A DNA stretch of 64,000 nt. Source: Fusobacterium sp. JB019 (GTDB taxonomy: Bacteria > Fusobacteriota > Fusobacteriia > Fusobacteriales > Fusobacteriaceae). The notes under the pieces are model-generated. The model saw only the letters and a program-made list of their open reading frames with translations. It was not told the DNA's origin and ran no database searches. This document shows, in pieces, positions 49,435 through 60,945 of this stretch. The position numbers and the translations under genes were made by a program. Location of the stretch: assembly GCA_030673965.1 (NCBI GenBank), contig JAUTCN010000005.1:53344-117343 (forward strand), given 5' to 3'. How positions within the stretch are numbered: the stretch's first letter is position 1; the number at the start of each line of letters is the position of its first letter.

Positions 49435-50541
49435 CTAAAATCCTACTCCAACATAGTCCATTTCTAAACTATCCGCTACTTTTCTACACGTCACTCTTTG
49501 ATTCATTATATTTATACCCCTAACTAATTCTGGATGTTTTCCACATGCCGCCTTTAATCCATAATTAGCTATTGCCCTTGCATATTTTAAAGATGCATTT
49601 TCAAGAGATAATGTAGATGTTATCGGATAAGCACCTGCCATATTACTTACACAATAATGTAATACTCCATTTACACAATAAATTGGTTTTTCATGAGAAG
49701 TTACTTTAGAAGTTTCAAAACATCCTCCTTGATCTATTGCTACATCAACAATAACACTTCCCTTACCCATACTATTAATATACTTTTTCGTTACTAAACG
49801 AGGAGTTTTCCCTCCAGGTATTAACACTGTCCCAATCAATAAATCTGCTGAAGCTACTGCTTCTTCTATATTTCTAGGAGTTGAATATAGTGTTGTAACT
49901 TGTGATTTATAAACATCGTCTAAATATCTTAATTTATTTGTATTTATATCAATAGCTATAACTTCTGCCCCTAGACCAACAGCTGTTTTTATCGCGCTTT
50001 GCCCCGCTGCTCCTGCTCCTAAAACTACAACTCTACCTCTTTCAACTCCAGGAACTCCTCCTAGAACAATTCCTTTTCCACCCTTTGTTTTCTGTAAATA
50101 AAATCCTCCAACTTGAACTGCCATTTTCCCTGCAACCTCTGACATTGGAGATAATAAAGGAATTGATCCATCAGGTAAAACAATAGTTTCATAACCTATG
50201 CATGTTGCTCCTGACTCAACTAATTCTTCTGTTGACTCTTTATCAGCTGCTAAATGCAAATAACCATACAATATATGGTGAGGTTTTAATAATTTTCTCT
50301 CACATTCTAAAGGTCTTTCTACTTTTATAATTAGTTCTGCTTTTTCAAATATTTCTTCTGTTGTTTCAACTAAAACTGCCCCACTAGAAATATAATCTTC
50401 ATCAGACACTCCAACTCCCAATCCTGCTCCTTTTTGAACATAGACTTCATTACCATCAAGAACTAGTTGCCCCACTCCTGCATCGGTTAAGCCAACTCTA
50501 TTTTCGTTGTTCTTCTTTTCTTTAGGTATACCAATTTTCAT
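49435..50541 (-). CDS. ald: Alanine dehydrogenase family protein (mirror copy)
   Basis: Identical translation to 47672..48778. Confidence 0.85.
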   Translation of the reverse strand: MKIGIPKEKKNNENRVGLTDAGVGQLVLDGNEVYVQKGAGLGVGVSDEDYISSGAVLVETTEEIFEKAELIIKVERPLECERKLLKPHHILYGYLHLAADKESTEELVESGATCIGYETIVLPDGSIPLLSPMSEVAGKMAVQVGGFYLQKTKGGKGIVLGGVPGVERGRVVVLGAGAAGQSAIKTAVGLGAEVIAIDINTNKLRYLDDVYKSQVTTLYSTPRNIEEAVASADLLIGTVLIPGGKTPRLVTKKYINSMGKGSVIVDVAIDQGGCFETSKVTSHEKPIYCVNGVLHYCVSNMAGAYPITSTLSLENASLKYARAIANYGLKAACGKHPELVRGINIMNQRVTCRKVADSLEMDYVGVGF

Positions 50542-50671
50542 AAAAAAGCCTCCTAACTATTTCCCTAATCTTTATTCTTATTATACTAGATATTTTCTAA
50601 TTTAGCAATTTTTATATTAATAAAAAAAATACTGATACATTCTAGAATATATCAGTATAATCTTTATTAAG

Positions 50672-51163
50672 TTATAAAGCTGCTGCTACTGCAAAAGCTG
50701 CTAAACCTAAAACACTTAAAATAGACAGAACAAATAAACCTATCATTATATTTCTTGCTAGTTTATTCACCCCTCCTAATTCTTTCATAGTTTCTAATTT
50801 TTTTTGATAATCTCCATCAATTTGATCTACTTCCATTGCAGTTTTCTTATATCTTTTATAAACAAGATATGGTAAAAAACCTCCACATAAAATCATTATT
50901 ACTATTCCTGCTATTCCTAATGTACAAGCAACAATAGTTTGGAATATCCATAATAATATAGCTTCAACATAGCATTTTCTATAAACTAAATATACATAAC
51001 TAAAGAAAAATGAATACCAAGACCAATTCCAAGCAATTTTTTCAACACCATTCACTTCATATTTAGCAAAAGCACGTTTGTACCATTCATATTTTTCAGG
51101 TGTTCCTAAGTAAGTTTCTAATATTTCTTCATTCTGATATAATTTTTGTTCCACAAGCATCAC
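50672..51163 (-). CDS. DUF2628-like membrane protein (mirror copy)
   Basis: Identical translation to 47050..47541. Confidence 0.7.
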   Translation of the reverse strand: MMLVEQKLYQNEEILETYLGTPEKYEWYKRAFAKYEVNGVEKIAWNWSWYSFFFSYVYLVYRKCYVEAILLWIFQTIVACTLGIAGIVIMILCGGFLPYLVYKRYKKTAMEVDQIDGDYQKKLETMKELGGVNKLARNIMIGLFVLSILSVLGLAAFAVAAAL

Positions 51164-51188
51164 TTTCCTTTTCTTAATTAAAGCTTTT

Positions 51189-52184
51189 TTACATTTCTTT
51201 ATATAAATTTATAAATATGTCTTTAGCTTCCATTTTTTTATTAATTATTTTTTTATCATATAGCCAATCTATATTTTCTTGCCATACTTTTTCTTTCTGG
51301 TCTAAGAAAGGAGCATCTTCCTTTTCCATAATTGGAAGTAAGATTTGTAAACTTTGCTTTTCAATTCCTCTAGTTAAAGGGAATTGATCCGCTTCTTGAT
51401 TAGCTAAAAGTATATCTAAAGCTTCCTCAGGATTGTTTTTGACATCTCTAAATCCTTTCTCACAAGCTCTTAAGAATCCTAAGTACAATTCTTTATTTTC
51501 CTTAACTTTTTTAGAATTTGCAACTATTAATAACTCGTTATAATAAGGTACACCAAAGTCTGTTGGATAGAAATAATTTACATCTACTCCTTTTTCTTTC
51601 ATAACTGGAACCTCATGATTTACAAAACATCCTAAAGTAGCATCAACTCTTTTTGTTATCATTGAAGATAATAAATCAAAGCCTACATCTAAAACTTTAA
51701 CTTTAGAAATATCTCCCCCATCTTCAGCTACCATTGTTTTTAACATATCCTCTGTTAATGGTCCATCAGAATATCCTATTGTTTTTCCTTCTAGATCTCT
51801 AGGTCTTGTAATCCCATTTTCTTTAGGAGATACAACTACATTTAAAGGACCTTGAGTTAAGGCTCCAATTGAAATAACTGGAATATCCTCTTGAGACTTC
51901 GCCATTATCATTTGTTGAGGATAAAATAATCCTAAATCTGCTTTTCCTGCTGCTGGCAAAGCTATTGGATCTGAAACATTTGCTGGATATTTTATTTCTA
52001 AATTAATTCCTTCTTCCTTAAAATAACCTTTTTCCATAGCAACATAAAATAAACTATGAATAGCATTTGGATACCAATCTAAAACTATAGAAACATCAGT
52101 TAATTTTTTTTCCTCAACTTTCTTGCTTCCACATCCCATGATAAAAACTAACATACATAACACTAATAACTTAATCTTCTTCAC
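51189..52184 (-). CDS. ThiY-like binding protein (mirror copy)
   Basis: Identical translation to 46029..47024. Confidence 0.88.
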   Translation of the reverse strand: MKKIKLLVLCMLVFIMGCGSKKVEEKKLTDVSIVLDWYPNAIHSLFYVAMEKGYFKEEGINLEIKYPANVSDPIALPAAGKADLGLFYPQQMIMAKSQEDIPVISIGALTQGPLNVVVSPKENGITRPRDLEGKTIGYSDGPLTEDMLKTMVAEDGGDISKVKVLDVGFDLLSSMITKRVDATLGCFVNHEVPVMKEKGVDVNYFYPTDFGVPYYNELLIVANSKKVKENKELYLGFLRACEKGFRDVKNNPEEALDILLANQEADQFPLTRGIEKQSLQILLPIMEKEDAPFLDQKEKVWQENIDWLYDKKIINKKMEAKDIFINLYKEM

Positions 52185-52220
52185 TTTTTCTCTTCCTTTC
52201 TTTATTTTATTATTTTTTTA

Positions 52221-53216
52221 TTAATTAATCAAGTTTTTATATAATTTTTCAGGATTTTCTTTTCTTTTTATAAATCCTTTTTCATATAACCAATCTACAT
52301 TTTTTTGAAAAACATCTTTATTTATAGTTAAAAATGGTCCAAATTTCTCCATAATTGGAATATATCTCTTTGTAGCTACTCTTTCTACATTTTCATTTAA
52401 AGGAAACTGATCTTTAGCTTGATTAGCTAAAAGTATTTGAACAGCTTCTTCAGGATTAGCTTTCACATCTTCAAAACCCCTTCTTGTAGCTTTTAAAAAT
52501 TTACTGTAAACTTCCCCTCTTTCTTTTATTAAATCGTTATTTGCAATAATTAATGTTTCTGGATATTCAGGAACTCCAAAATCTTTTGGAAAAAAGTAAT
52601 TTACTTCATAACCTTTTTCTTCCATAAGAGGAACCTCATGAGTTACAAGTCCTCCTAAAGTAGCATCTACTTTTTTTGTTATTAAAGAAGATAATAGTTC
52701 AAAACCAACATCAACTAATTTAACTTTACTTGGATCTCCACCATCTGCCTTCATCATAGCATCTATCATTTTTTCTGATAAAGGTCCTCCGCAATAACCT
52801 AAAGTCTTACCTTCTAAATCTTTTGGACGTTTTATATTACTTTCTTTTAAAGACATAACTGTACTAACTGATCCTTGTAATGTAGCTGCAATAGCTTTAA
52901 CTGGAATATCATCATTTACAATTGACATTATTGTACGATGAATATAATAATAACCTAAATCTGCTTTTTTAGCTGCAACTAATGCTAAAGAATCTGAAAC
53001 TCCTGATGGCATGTGAATATTTAATTTTATTCCCTCTTCTTCATAATACCCTTTTTCCAAAGCAACATATATAGGAGTACTGGAAGATGTAGGATACCAA
53101 TCCAAAACTAAATCTACAGTTTCATATTTTTTCTCTACATTCTTATCATTTAATTTTTTCCCACAAGCAGCAAATATAATCACCAATAAAATAACTAATA
53201 AATTTTTAAACTTCAT
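52221..53216 (-). CDS. ThiY-like binding protein, divergent (mirror copy)
   Basis: Identical translation to 44997..45992. Confidence 0.88.
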   Translation of the reverse strand: MKFKNLLVILLVIIFAACGKKLNDKNVEKKYETVDLVLDWYPTSSSTPIYVALEKGYYEEEGIKLNIHMPSGVSDSLALVAAKKADLGYYYIHRTIMSIVNDDIPVKAIAATLQGSVSTVMSLKESNIKRPKDLEGKTLGYCGGPLSEKMIDAMMKADGGDPSKVKLVDVGFELLSSLITKKVDATLGGLVTHEVPLMEEKGYEVNYFFPKDFGVPEYPETLIIANNDLIKERGEVYSKFLKATRRGFEDVKANPEEAVQILLANQAKDQFPLNENVERVATKRYIPIMEKFGPFLTINKDVFQKNVDWLYEKGFIKRKENPEKLYKNLIN

Positions 53217-53957
53217 TTAGTTTCCCCTCCATTTTAAGAATTTCTTTTCTAAAAAAGAAATTAAGTTAACAAAAAGTACAGCTATCACCGAAATCAAAAC
53301 TATTGGTGCAAAAACTCCTGCTCCATCTAGTTGTGTCATCATTCTTTTACTAAAGTATCCTAGTCCCGCAGTTGCTCCTAACCATTCTCCTATTGCTGCC
53401 CCTATTAAAACCAAAGGAACTGCCATTTTAAGAGATGAAAAGAAGTATGGAATTGTAGATGGCACTTTCAATTTCCAAAATATATCCCACTGACTAGCAT
53501 GCATACTTTTAAAAAGTTCTATATAATCTTTTTTTGTTGATTTTAATCCATCATGTAAATTAATTGTAACTGGAAAAAAAGCAATCAATACAGCTACCAA
53601 AACTTTACTCCAAATACTATATCCAAACCAAAGAATAAAAATTGGAGCTATAGCTGGAGTTGGTATAGTTTGAGTTGTTACTATTATTGGATATATTGCT
53701 TCTTCCACTTTTTTGCTTTTATCCATAATCACTGCTAAAAATATCCCTAATGCAAAAGATAGAATAATAGACACTATAGCTATCTTTAAAGTTGCAAACA
53801 TATGATATTTAAATAATGGCCCTCTTAATTCCCACATTCTTTTTAAAATTGCTGTTGGCCAAGGTAAAACAAATTTTAAATTTAAAATTCTTGCAAAAAT
53901 TTCCCATATTATAAATAATATACCAGAAGAATAAAAAGCTAATGAAGGTTTTTTCAT
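53217..53957 (-). CDS. ABC permease (mirror copy)
   Basis: Identical translation to 44256..44996. Confidence 0.88.
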   Translation of the reverse strand: MKKPSLAFYSSGILFIIWEIFARILNLKFVLPWPTAILKRMWELRGPLFKYHMFATLKIAIVSIILSFALGIFLAVIMDKSKKVEEAIYPIIVTTQTIPTPAIAPIFILWFGYSIWSKVLVAVLIAFFPVTINLHDGLKSTKKDYIELFKSMHASQWDIFWKLKVPSTIPYFFSSLKMAVPLVLIGAAIGEWLGATAGLGYFSKRMMTQLDGAGVFAPIVLISVIAVLFVNLISFLEKKFLKWRGN

Positions 53958-54658
53958 TTTTCTTCCCCCCCTATATTTAATAATATTTTTTTCTTAGTTT
54001 CTATTATAAACTCTTCATCTTTTTCTTTTGGTAATTTATATTCAACAAAAGAATCTAAAGGTCTATTTCGACAAACTAATATTCTATCCGATAAATATAA
54101 AGCTTCATTTATATCATGGGTTATAAAAATAACACTTTTATTAAATTCTTTTAAAGTTTCCAACAACCATTTTTGTAATTTTCCTTTGGTTATAGCATCT
54201 AAAGCACTAAAAGGTTCATCTAATAACAATATATCAGCTTCTGTTAAAAGAGTTCTTATAAAAGAAACTCTTTGTCTCATTCCACCAGAAAGATCTTGAG
54301 GTAATTTATCTGTATACTCTTCTAAATGAAGTTTCTTTAAATAAAATTTTCCTTTTTTTCTTCCTTCATTTATAGATTTTTTGTTCAACTCTATAGGAAG
54401 AAGTATATTATCTATTACTGTTCTCCAAGGCAAAAGTAAATCTCTTTGAGGCATATAAGCTGTTTTCAAACTTTTTATTTTTCCACTTTTTTGTTTTTCT
54501 ATTCCACCTATAATTTTTATTATAGTAGATTTTCCACAACCACTACTTCCAACAATTGATAAAAATTCATTTTTATTTAATGAAAAGGATATTTCTTTAA
54601 TAAGCTCTTCTTCTCCTTCATATGCAAAGGATACTTTATCTAATTCTAAAACTTTCAT
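53954..54658 (-). CDS. ABC ATPase (mirror copy)
   Basis: Identical translation to 43555..44259. Confidence 0.88.
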   Translation of the reverse strand: MKVLELDKVSFAYEGEEELIKEISFSLNKNEFLSIVGSSGCGKSTIIKIIGGIEKQKSGKIKSLKTAYMPQRDLLLPWRTVIDNILLPIELNKKSINEGRKKGKFYLKKLHLEEYTDKLPQDLSGGMRQRVSFIRTLLTEADILLLDEPFSALDAITKGKLQKWLLETLKEFNKSVIFITHDINEALYLSDRILVCRNRPLDSFVEYKLPKEKDEEFIIETKKKILLNIGGEEK

Positions 54659-54668
54659 TTTTTCTCTC

Positions 54669-55325
54669 CTAATTTTCTATATTATAGGCCATATCCCAAA
54701 ATATATATTCAAATCTACTTGTATTAACAAATATATCAATTAATTTCTCTTTTTTCTTTTCATTTATTCCTTCAGCATATTTATTAACTAATTCAAGCAA
54801 CCAAATTGTTAACTCATGATACTCTTCTGAAATATATGATTCTATCCATTCAGCATAAAAATTATCTTTTATTCCATACTTTTTATAAAGATGTCTTCCT
54901 ATACATTCATAACTCCAAAGACAAGCTAAAACAGATACTGCTATTTCAATTATTCCACCAGCATAAGAAACAGCTAACATATAATGAGTATATGATAAAT
55001 TAGCTAGAGCTGGTTTCGCATTTTCCACCTCTTTTTTAGTTATCCCTAATCTCTCCATATATTTTCTATGAGTAGCCATTTCAGTATGAAGAGTCCCCTC
55101 AGCCAAACTAGAAAATTTAGCCATCGTTTCTTCATCTTCACTTTTTATAGCACCTAGAGAAAATACTTTTGCATAATCCAATAAGTATAAGTAATCTTGT
55201 ATCATATAATGTTTGAACTTTTCTTTATCTAATTTTCCACTTCCAAGCTCATCTACAAATGGATGTTCATAGTAACTTTCCCATATTTTTTCAACATGAG
55301 AATATAATTCGTCAGTAAAAAGCAT
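54669..55325 (-). CDS. tenA: TenA (mirror copy)
   Basis: Identical translation to 42888..43544. Confidence 0.9.
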   Translation of the reverse strand: MLFTDELYSHVEKIWESYYEHPFVDELGSGKLDKEKFKHYMIQDYLYLLDYAKVFSLGAIKSEDEETMAKFSSLAEGTLHTEMATHRKYMERLGITKKEVENAKPALANLSYTHYMLAVSYAGGIIEIAVSVLACLWSYECIGRHLYKKYGIKDNFYAEWIESYISEEYHELTIWLLELVNKYAEGINEKKKEKLIDIFVNTSRFEYIFWDMAYNIEN

Positions 55326-55402
55326 TATTTCCTCCTAAAATAAAAAAATCATTCCCTAAAATATATACTCAACGTATAAATAAGAAAATGATATAAAACT
55401 TC

Positions 55403-55475
55403 ACCACTTCCCTCCGCTAGCATTATCTAGAACAGGTAATTAAGGGTAATTCTCAGCTCTCGCTCCCCTAGTAGT
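55403..55475 (-). ncRNA. TPP riboswitch (mirror copy)
   Basis: Reverse complement of 42738..42810. Confidence 0.9.
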
Positions 55476-55655
55476 ATTACACAACAAATAAACTATAACA
55501 TAATTTATTAATCTTATCAAGATTAAGGAGAAAAATTGTACTATTACAATAAATTTCATTAAAATAAAATTTTGTTCAGTAACTTATGTTATTTTAAGGT
55601 TTTTTGTGATAAAATTACTATAAGAATTATAATTTACTTTTTGGAGGTAATTAAA

Positions 55656-56885
55656 TTGGATAAAAAATTTTTAGAAAACTATGTTGAACTTGCTTTAAAA
55701 ATTGGAATTAATTTACAACAAAATCAATGTTTAGTAATTATGTCTCCTGTTGAAACTGCTGATTTCACTAGAAAATTAGTAGAAGAAGCTTATAAAATAG
55801 GAGCTAGTGAAGTTATTGTTCATTGGTCTGATGATTTCTGTAAAAAAATGGATTTCACTCACAAAAACAAATCTTTATTTGAATCTATGCCTGAATGGCA
55901 ATTAGAATCTCTTATGTTTTATGCAAATAAAGGAGCTGCTTTCTTAAGTATTGCTGCAAATGATCCTGAACTTTTAAAGGGAATCGATCCTGAAAAAATT
56001 GCTATTTCTCAAAAAACTAGAAACATTAAGTTTAAACCTTATTATGATAAAGTTATGGGAAATGAAATACAATGGAATATTTTATCTGTACCAACTGTTG
56101 CTTGGGCAAAAAAAATATTTAAAGACTGTGATGATGAAAAAGCTGTACAAAAATTATGGGATGCAATTATTTATTCTGTAAAAGCAGATACTCCTGATCC
56201 TATAAAAACTTGGAAAGATCATTTAAATAATTTAAAAGAAAAAATGGATTATTTAAATAATAAACAATTTGAAGAACTTATAATCACAAATTCTTTAGGT
56301 ACTAATTTAAAAGTTAAAATGCCTAAAAATCATATTTGGGCATCTGGAAAAGATATTACAAAAAATAATATCGAATTTGTTGCCAATATTCCAACTGAAG
56401 AAGTTTTTTCTCTTCCTCATAAATATGGAGTTAATGGTATTGTTTATGCATCTAAACCACTTAACTATGGAGGAACTTTAATTGAAAATTTCTCACTTAC
56501 ATTTAAAGATGGAAGAATCATTGATTTTAAAGCAGCTAAAGGAAAAGAAGCTTTAAAAAATCTTATTAATACTGACGAAGGTTCTAAATATTTAGGAGAA
56601 ATTGCTCTTGTACCATTTAATTCTCCTATTTCAAATTCAAATATTTTATTTTTTAATACTTTATTTGATGAAAATGCATCTTGTCATTTAGCAATTGGGC
56701 AAGCCTACCCTAGCTGTATTAAAGGGGGAGACACTATGGATTCTGCTGCTATGGAAAAAAACGGTGTTAATGATTCTTTAACACATGTTGATTTCATGTT
56801 TGGAACAGAAGATTTAAATATTATTGGAAGAGATAAAAACAATAAAAAAGAAAATATATTTATTGAAGGTAATTGGGCCTTTTAA
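55656..56885 (+). CDS. M29 aminopeptidase (mirror copy)
   Basis: Identical translation to 41328..42557. Confidence 0.9.
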   Translation: MDKKFLENYVELALKIGINLQQNQCLVIMSPVETADFTRKLVEEAYKIGASEVIVHWSDDFCKKMDFTHKNKSLFESMPEWQLESLMFYANKGAAFLSIAANDPELLKGIDPEKIAISQKTRNIKFKPYYDKVMGNEIQWNILSVPTVAWAKKIFKDCDDEKAVQKLWDAIIYSVKADTPDPIKTWKDHLNNLKEKMDYLNNKQFEELIITNSLGTNLKVKMPKNHIWASGKDITKNNIEFVANIPTEEVFSLPHKYGVNGIVYASKPLNYGGTLIENFSLTFKDGRIIDFKAAKGKEALKNLINTDEGSKYLGEIALVPFNSPISNSNILFFNTLFDENASCHLAIGQAYPSCIKGGDTMDSAAMEKNGVNDSLTHVDFMFGTEDLNIIGRDKNNKKENIFIEGNWAF

Positions 56886-56960
56886 TTAAGTATTTATTGC
56901 TTTTTTTACTATTTTCTTCTATAATAATATATACGATATTATTTATTTTTGGAGGTTCAA

Positions 56961-58766
56961 GTGTTACAAAAATTTAAAAGAAACTTTTCGATAATCGCTC
57001 ATATAGATCATGGAAAATCTACTATAGCTGATAGACTTATGGAATGTACTCACGCTGTTAGTGAAAGAGACATGAAATCTCAGCTTTTAGATTCTATGGA
57101 TCTAGAAAGAGAAAAAGGTATTACAATAAAAGCACAAGCAGTTACATTATACTATAAGGCTAAAGATGGAAATGAATATGAATTAAACCTTATAGATACT
57201 CCTGGTCATGTTGACTTCATTTATGAAGTTTCTAGATCTTTATCTGCCTGTGAGGGAGCTCTTCTGGTAGTTGATGCTGCCCAAGGTGTAGAAGCTCAAA
57301 CTTTAGCAAATGTATATTTAGCTTTAGAAAATGATCTTGAAATTATACCTGTTATTAATAAAATAGATTTACCAGCAGCAGAACCTGAAAGAGTTAAAGC
57401 TGAGATAGAAGATATTATTGGGCTTCCAGCTGATGATGCAGTCCTTGCTTCTGCTAAAATAAATCTTGGAATTCCAGAACTTTTAGAAGCCATTGTTGAA
57501 AGAATTCCAGCTCCTGAATATGATGAGGACGCTCCTTTAAAAGCTCTTATCTTTGATTCAAAATTTGATGACTATAGAGGAGTATTAACTTATATAAAAA
57601 TAGAAGATGGAACTATTAAAAAGGGAGATAAAATTAGAATTTGGTCTACAGGAAAAGAAATTGAAGTTCTTGAATGTGGAATATTCTCTCCTACAATGAA
57701 ATCTACTGGTGAACTTTCAAGTGGTTCTGTTGGGTATATTATCACTGGATTAAAAGCTATCAAAGATTCCAGAGTTGGAGATACTATAACTCATGCTAAA
57801 AGACCTTGTTCTGAACCACTTCAAGGATTTAGACCAGCTCAATCTATGGTTTTTGCAGGAATATATCCTTTATCAACTGATGACTACGGAGATTTAAGAG
57901 AATCTTTAGAAAAATTACAATTAAATGATGCCTCTTTAAATTTTGTTCCTGAAACTTCTTTAGCTTTAGGATTTGGATTTAGATGTGGATTCTTAGGTCT
58001 TTTACATATGGAAATTATAGTTGAGAGACTTAGAAGAGAATACAATATTGATTTAATATCAACATCACCATCTGTTGAATATAGAATAACAAAAGAAGGA
58101 GAACCAACTTATATAATTGATAATCCTTGCGAGTTTCCAGAAGCAGGAAAAGGAAAATTCATAATAGAAGAACCTTTTATCAAAGGAAATATAATTGTTC
58201 CTAAAGATTTTGTTGGAGGAGTTATGGAACTTTGCCAAGAAAAACGTGGAATATATGTTGGGATGAATTTTATTGATGAAACAAGAGCCATGATTACTTA
58301 TGAACTACCTCTTGCTGAAATTGTTTTAGATTTCTATGATAAATTAAAATCTAAAACTAAAGGTTATGCTTCTTTTGAATATGAATTAATTGAATACAGA
58401 GCTGGAGAACTTGTAAAAGTTGATATTCTAGTTTCTGGAGAAATTGTTGATGCTTTCTCATTCATAGCACATAAAGATAATGCTGTTACAAAAGGAAGAG
58501 CTATTTGTGAAAGATTAAAAGAAGTTATTCCAAGACAACAGTTTGAAATACCTATCCAAGCTGCTCTTGGAGCTAAAATTATAGCTAGAGAAACTATTAA
58601 AGCTTATAGAAAAAATGTCCTTGCTAAATGTTATGGTGGGGATATAACAAGAAAGAAAAAACTGCTTGAAAAACAAAAAGCAGGTAAGAAAAGAATGAAA
58701 CAAATAGGAAATGTTGAAATACCTCAAGAGGCATTCGTTTCTGTATTAAAATTAAATAACAATTAA
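56961..58766 (+). CDS. lepA: EF-4 (mirror copy)
   Basis: Identical translation to 39447..41252. Confidence 0.95.
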   Translation: MLQKFKRNFSIIAHIDHGKSTIADRLMECTHAVSERDMKSQLLDSMDLEREKGITIKAQAVTLYYKAKDGNEYELNLIDTPGHVDFIYEVSRSLSACEGALLVVDAAQGVEAQTLANVYLALENDLEIIPVINKIDLPAAEPERVKAEIEDIIGLPADDAVLASAKINLGIPELLEAIVERIPAPEYDEDAPLKALIFDSKFDDYRGVLTYIKIEDGTIKKGDKIRIWSTGKEIEVLECGIFSPTMKSTGELSSGSVGYIITGLKAIKDSRVGDTITHAKRPCSEPLQGFRPAQSMVFAGIYPLSTDDYGDLRESLEKLQLNDASLNFVPETSLALGFGFRCGFLGLLHMEIIVERLRREYNIDLISTSPSVEYRITKEGEPTYIIDNPCEFPEAGKGKFIIEEPFIKGNIIVPKDFVGGVMELCQEKRGIYVGMNFIDETRAMITYELPLAEIVLDFYDKLKSKTKGYASFEYELIEYRAGELVKVDILVSGEIVDAFSFIAHKDNAVTKGRAICERLKEVIPRQQFEIPIQAALGAKIIARETIKAYRKNVLAKCYGGDITRKKKLLEKQKAGKKRMKQIGNVEIPQEAFVSVLKLNNN

Positions 58767-58790
58767 TTTAAAGTTTACTTGGAGGGGCTT

Positions 58791-59138
58791 ATGTTTTTCC
58801 TTATGGGATTTGGAAGCAAAGAAAATATAATTGAAAATATTAAATTTAAATGTGTTAATTGTATTAATGAGAATGCTAAATTAATTGAAAGGGCTAATTC
58901 TTTTTCTTTATTTTTTATACCGTTATTTAAATTTTCAAAAAAATATTTTATTGTTTGTACTAAATGTAATAGTATTTATAAACTCAAAAATGAATCAATT
59001 AAAAATATTTTAAAAACTAAAAATGTTTCTTATGACGATATTGAAGGAATAGTTAATAATGGCTCTGTATGTAATCACTGCGGAGCTAGAGTTAATCCTC
59101 AGGATACTTATTGTCATAAGTGTGGAAATAAATTATAA
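58791..59138 (+). CDS. Double zinc-ribbon protein (mirror copy)
   Basis: Identical translation to 39075..39422. Confidence 0.8.
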   Translation: MFFLMGFGSKENIIENIKFKCVNCINENAKLIERANSFSLFFIPLFKFSKKYFIVCTKCNSIYKLKNESIKNILKTKNVSYDDIEGIVNNGSVCNHCGARVNPQDTYCHKCGNKL

Positions 59139-59164
59139 CTTTATAAATTTAAGGATGTGGAATA

Positions 59165-59779
59165 GTGAACATTACTTTTTTTAAAGGTGTTATAACTGGT
59201 ATAATTCTATCTCTTCCCTTTGGTCCTGTTGGTTTTTATTGTATGGAAAAAACTTTAATAGGAGGTAAAAAAGAAGGATATACTACAGCGATGGGAATGG
59301 TTGCTTCAGATGTCATTTATGGACTACTTGCATTTTTCTTTATCAATCAAGCTGAAGTATTTATTTTAAAGCATGAAATTTTCTTTAAAGGATTAGTTGG
59401 AATTTGTCTTATAGCCCTAGGAATCAAAAAATTAAATACTGATGTTATTATTAAAAAACCAGCTAATTATGACTATAACTATGGTTATATTCAAAATTTC
59501 TTCTATGGTTTAATACTTTCTCTTCTTAATGTTGCAGGTATTGTTACTATAATTTTCATCTATACTCTTTTAAGTGTAGTTGGAGATTCAGATAATTATT
59601 TTTTACTTGCTCTTGGAATTGGAAGTAGTGGATCTCTTTCTTGGTTTTTAACTGTACAAATAATAACTTATTTTAAAAGATTTATTAATGATGAACTTCT
59701 TATTAAATTGTCTAAGATTTCTAGTTTTATTATTCTTACTTTTGGAATAGTATCTCTAGGATATATTTTATTTAAATAA
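59165..59779 (+). CDS. LysE family translocator (mirror copy)
   Basis: Identical translation to 38434..39048. Confidence 0.8.
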   Translation: MNITFFKGVITGIILSLPFGPVGFYCMEKTLIGGKKEGYTTAMGMVASDVIYGLLAFFFINQAEVFILKHEIFFKGLVGICLIALGIKKLNTDVIIKKPANYDYNYGYIQNFFYGLILSLLNVAGIVTIIFIYTLLSVVGDSDNYFLLALGIGSSGSLSWFLTVQIITYFKRFINDELLIKLSKISSFIILTFGIVSLGYILFK

Positions 59780-59796
59780 TGAATAGAGGGTAGGTT

Positions 59797-60861
59797 ATGA
59801 AAAATATATTAGAAAATATAAATGTAAATAAAAATGCTACTATTGCTGTAGCTATGAGTGGAGGTGTTGACAGTTCTGTAACTGCATATCTTCTAAAGAA
59901 AAAAGGATTCAATATTTTTGGAGTCACTATGAAGACTACTGAAAATGATATTGATGCTGATGCTAAAAAAGTTTGTGATGACTTAGGAATTAAACACTAT
60001 ATTTTTGATATCAGTGAAGAATTTTCAAATAAAGTTGTAGACTATTTTGTTCAAGAATATAATAATGGAAGAACTCCAAATCCTTGTATGGTTTGTAATA
60101 AATATATTAAAATGGGAGCATTAATTGATTTCTGTCTAGAAAAAGGTGCTGATTTTATGGCTACTGGTCACTATAGTAATATCAGTGATGGCTCTTTAAA
60201 GATTGGAGAAGACTTAAAAAAAGATCAAGCTTATTTTCTTTCTCAAGTGTCAAAAGAAAAATTAAAACATATTATATTTCCCCTTGGAAATATAAGCAAA
60301 GAAGAAGTTAGACAATTAGGAAAAGATTTAGGAGTAAGAGTTTATTCTAAAAAAGATTCTCAAGAAATTTGCTTTGTGGAAGATGGAAAATTAAAAGAAT
60401 TTTTAATTGAAAAAACTAAAGGAAAGATTGTTAAGCCTGGAAATTTTGTTGATACAAAAGGAAATATATTAGGAAAACATAAAGGACTTGCTTTTTATAC
60501 TATAGGTCAAAGAAAAGGATTAGGAATCGCTGCTCCTTCTCCATATTATGTTTTAAAATTAGATGGAACTAAAAATGAAGTTATTCTTGGAAGTAATGAA
60601 GAATTATTCAAATCATCTCTTATTGCAGACGATATCAACCTTTTAAAAGTTAATTCTTTAAATGATTTAAATGGAATGATTTGTAAAGCAAAAACTAGAT
60701 CTAGAGATAAATTCCACCCATGTAAAATAGAAGTTTTAAACGAAAATGAAATAAAGGTTATATTTACAGAAGATCAAGTTAGAGCAGTTACACCTGGTCA
60801 AGGAGTTGTTTTATATGATGACTCTTATGAAGTTATTGCAAGTGGATTTATAAAAGAGTAA
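59797..60861 (+). CDS. mnmA: MnmA (mirror copy)
   Basis: Identical translation to 37352..38416. Confidence 0.95.
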   Translation: MKNILENINVNKNATIAVAMSGGVDSSVTAYLLKKKGFNIFGVTMKTTENDIDADAKKVCDDLGIKHYIFDISEEFSNKVVDYFVQEYNNGRTPNPCMVCNKYIKMGALIDFCLEKGADFMATGHYSNISDGSLKIGEDLKKDQAYFLSQVSKEKLKHIIFPLGNISKEEVRQLGKDLGVRVYSKKDSQEICFVEDGKLKEFLIEKTKGKIVKPGNFVDTKGNILGKHKGLAFYTIGQRKGLGIAAPSPYYVLKLDGTKNEVILGSNEELFKSSLIADDINLLKVNSLNDLNGMICKAKTRSRDKFHPCKIEVLNENEIKVIFTEDQVRAVTPGQGVVLYDDSYEVIASGFIKE

Positions 60862-60945
60862 TAATTTATTAATTACATATAATAGTAAAAAGAGTGGAAG
60901 GGTAATCCACTCTTTTTTTTATACTATATATAACATGTAGGGTTT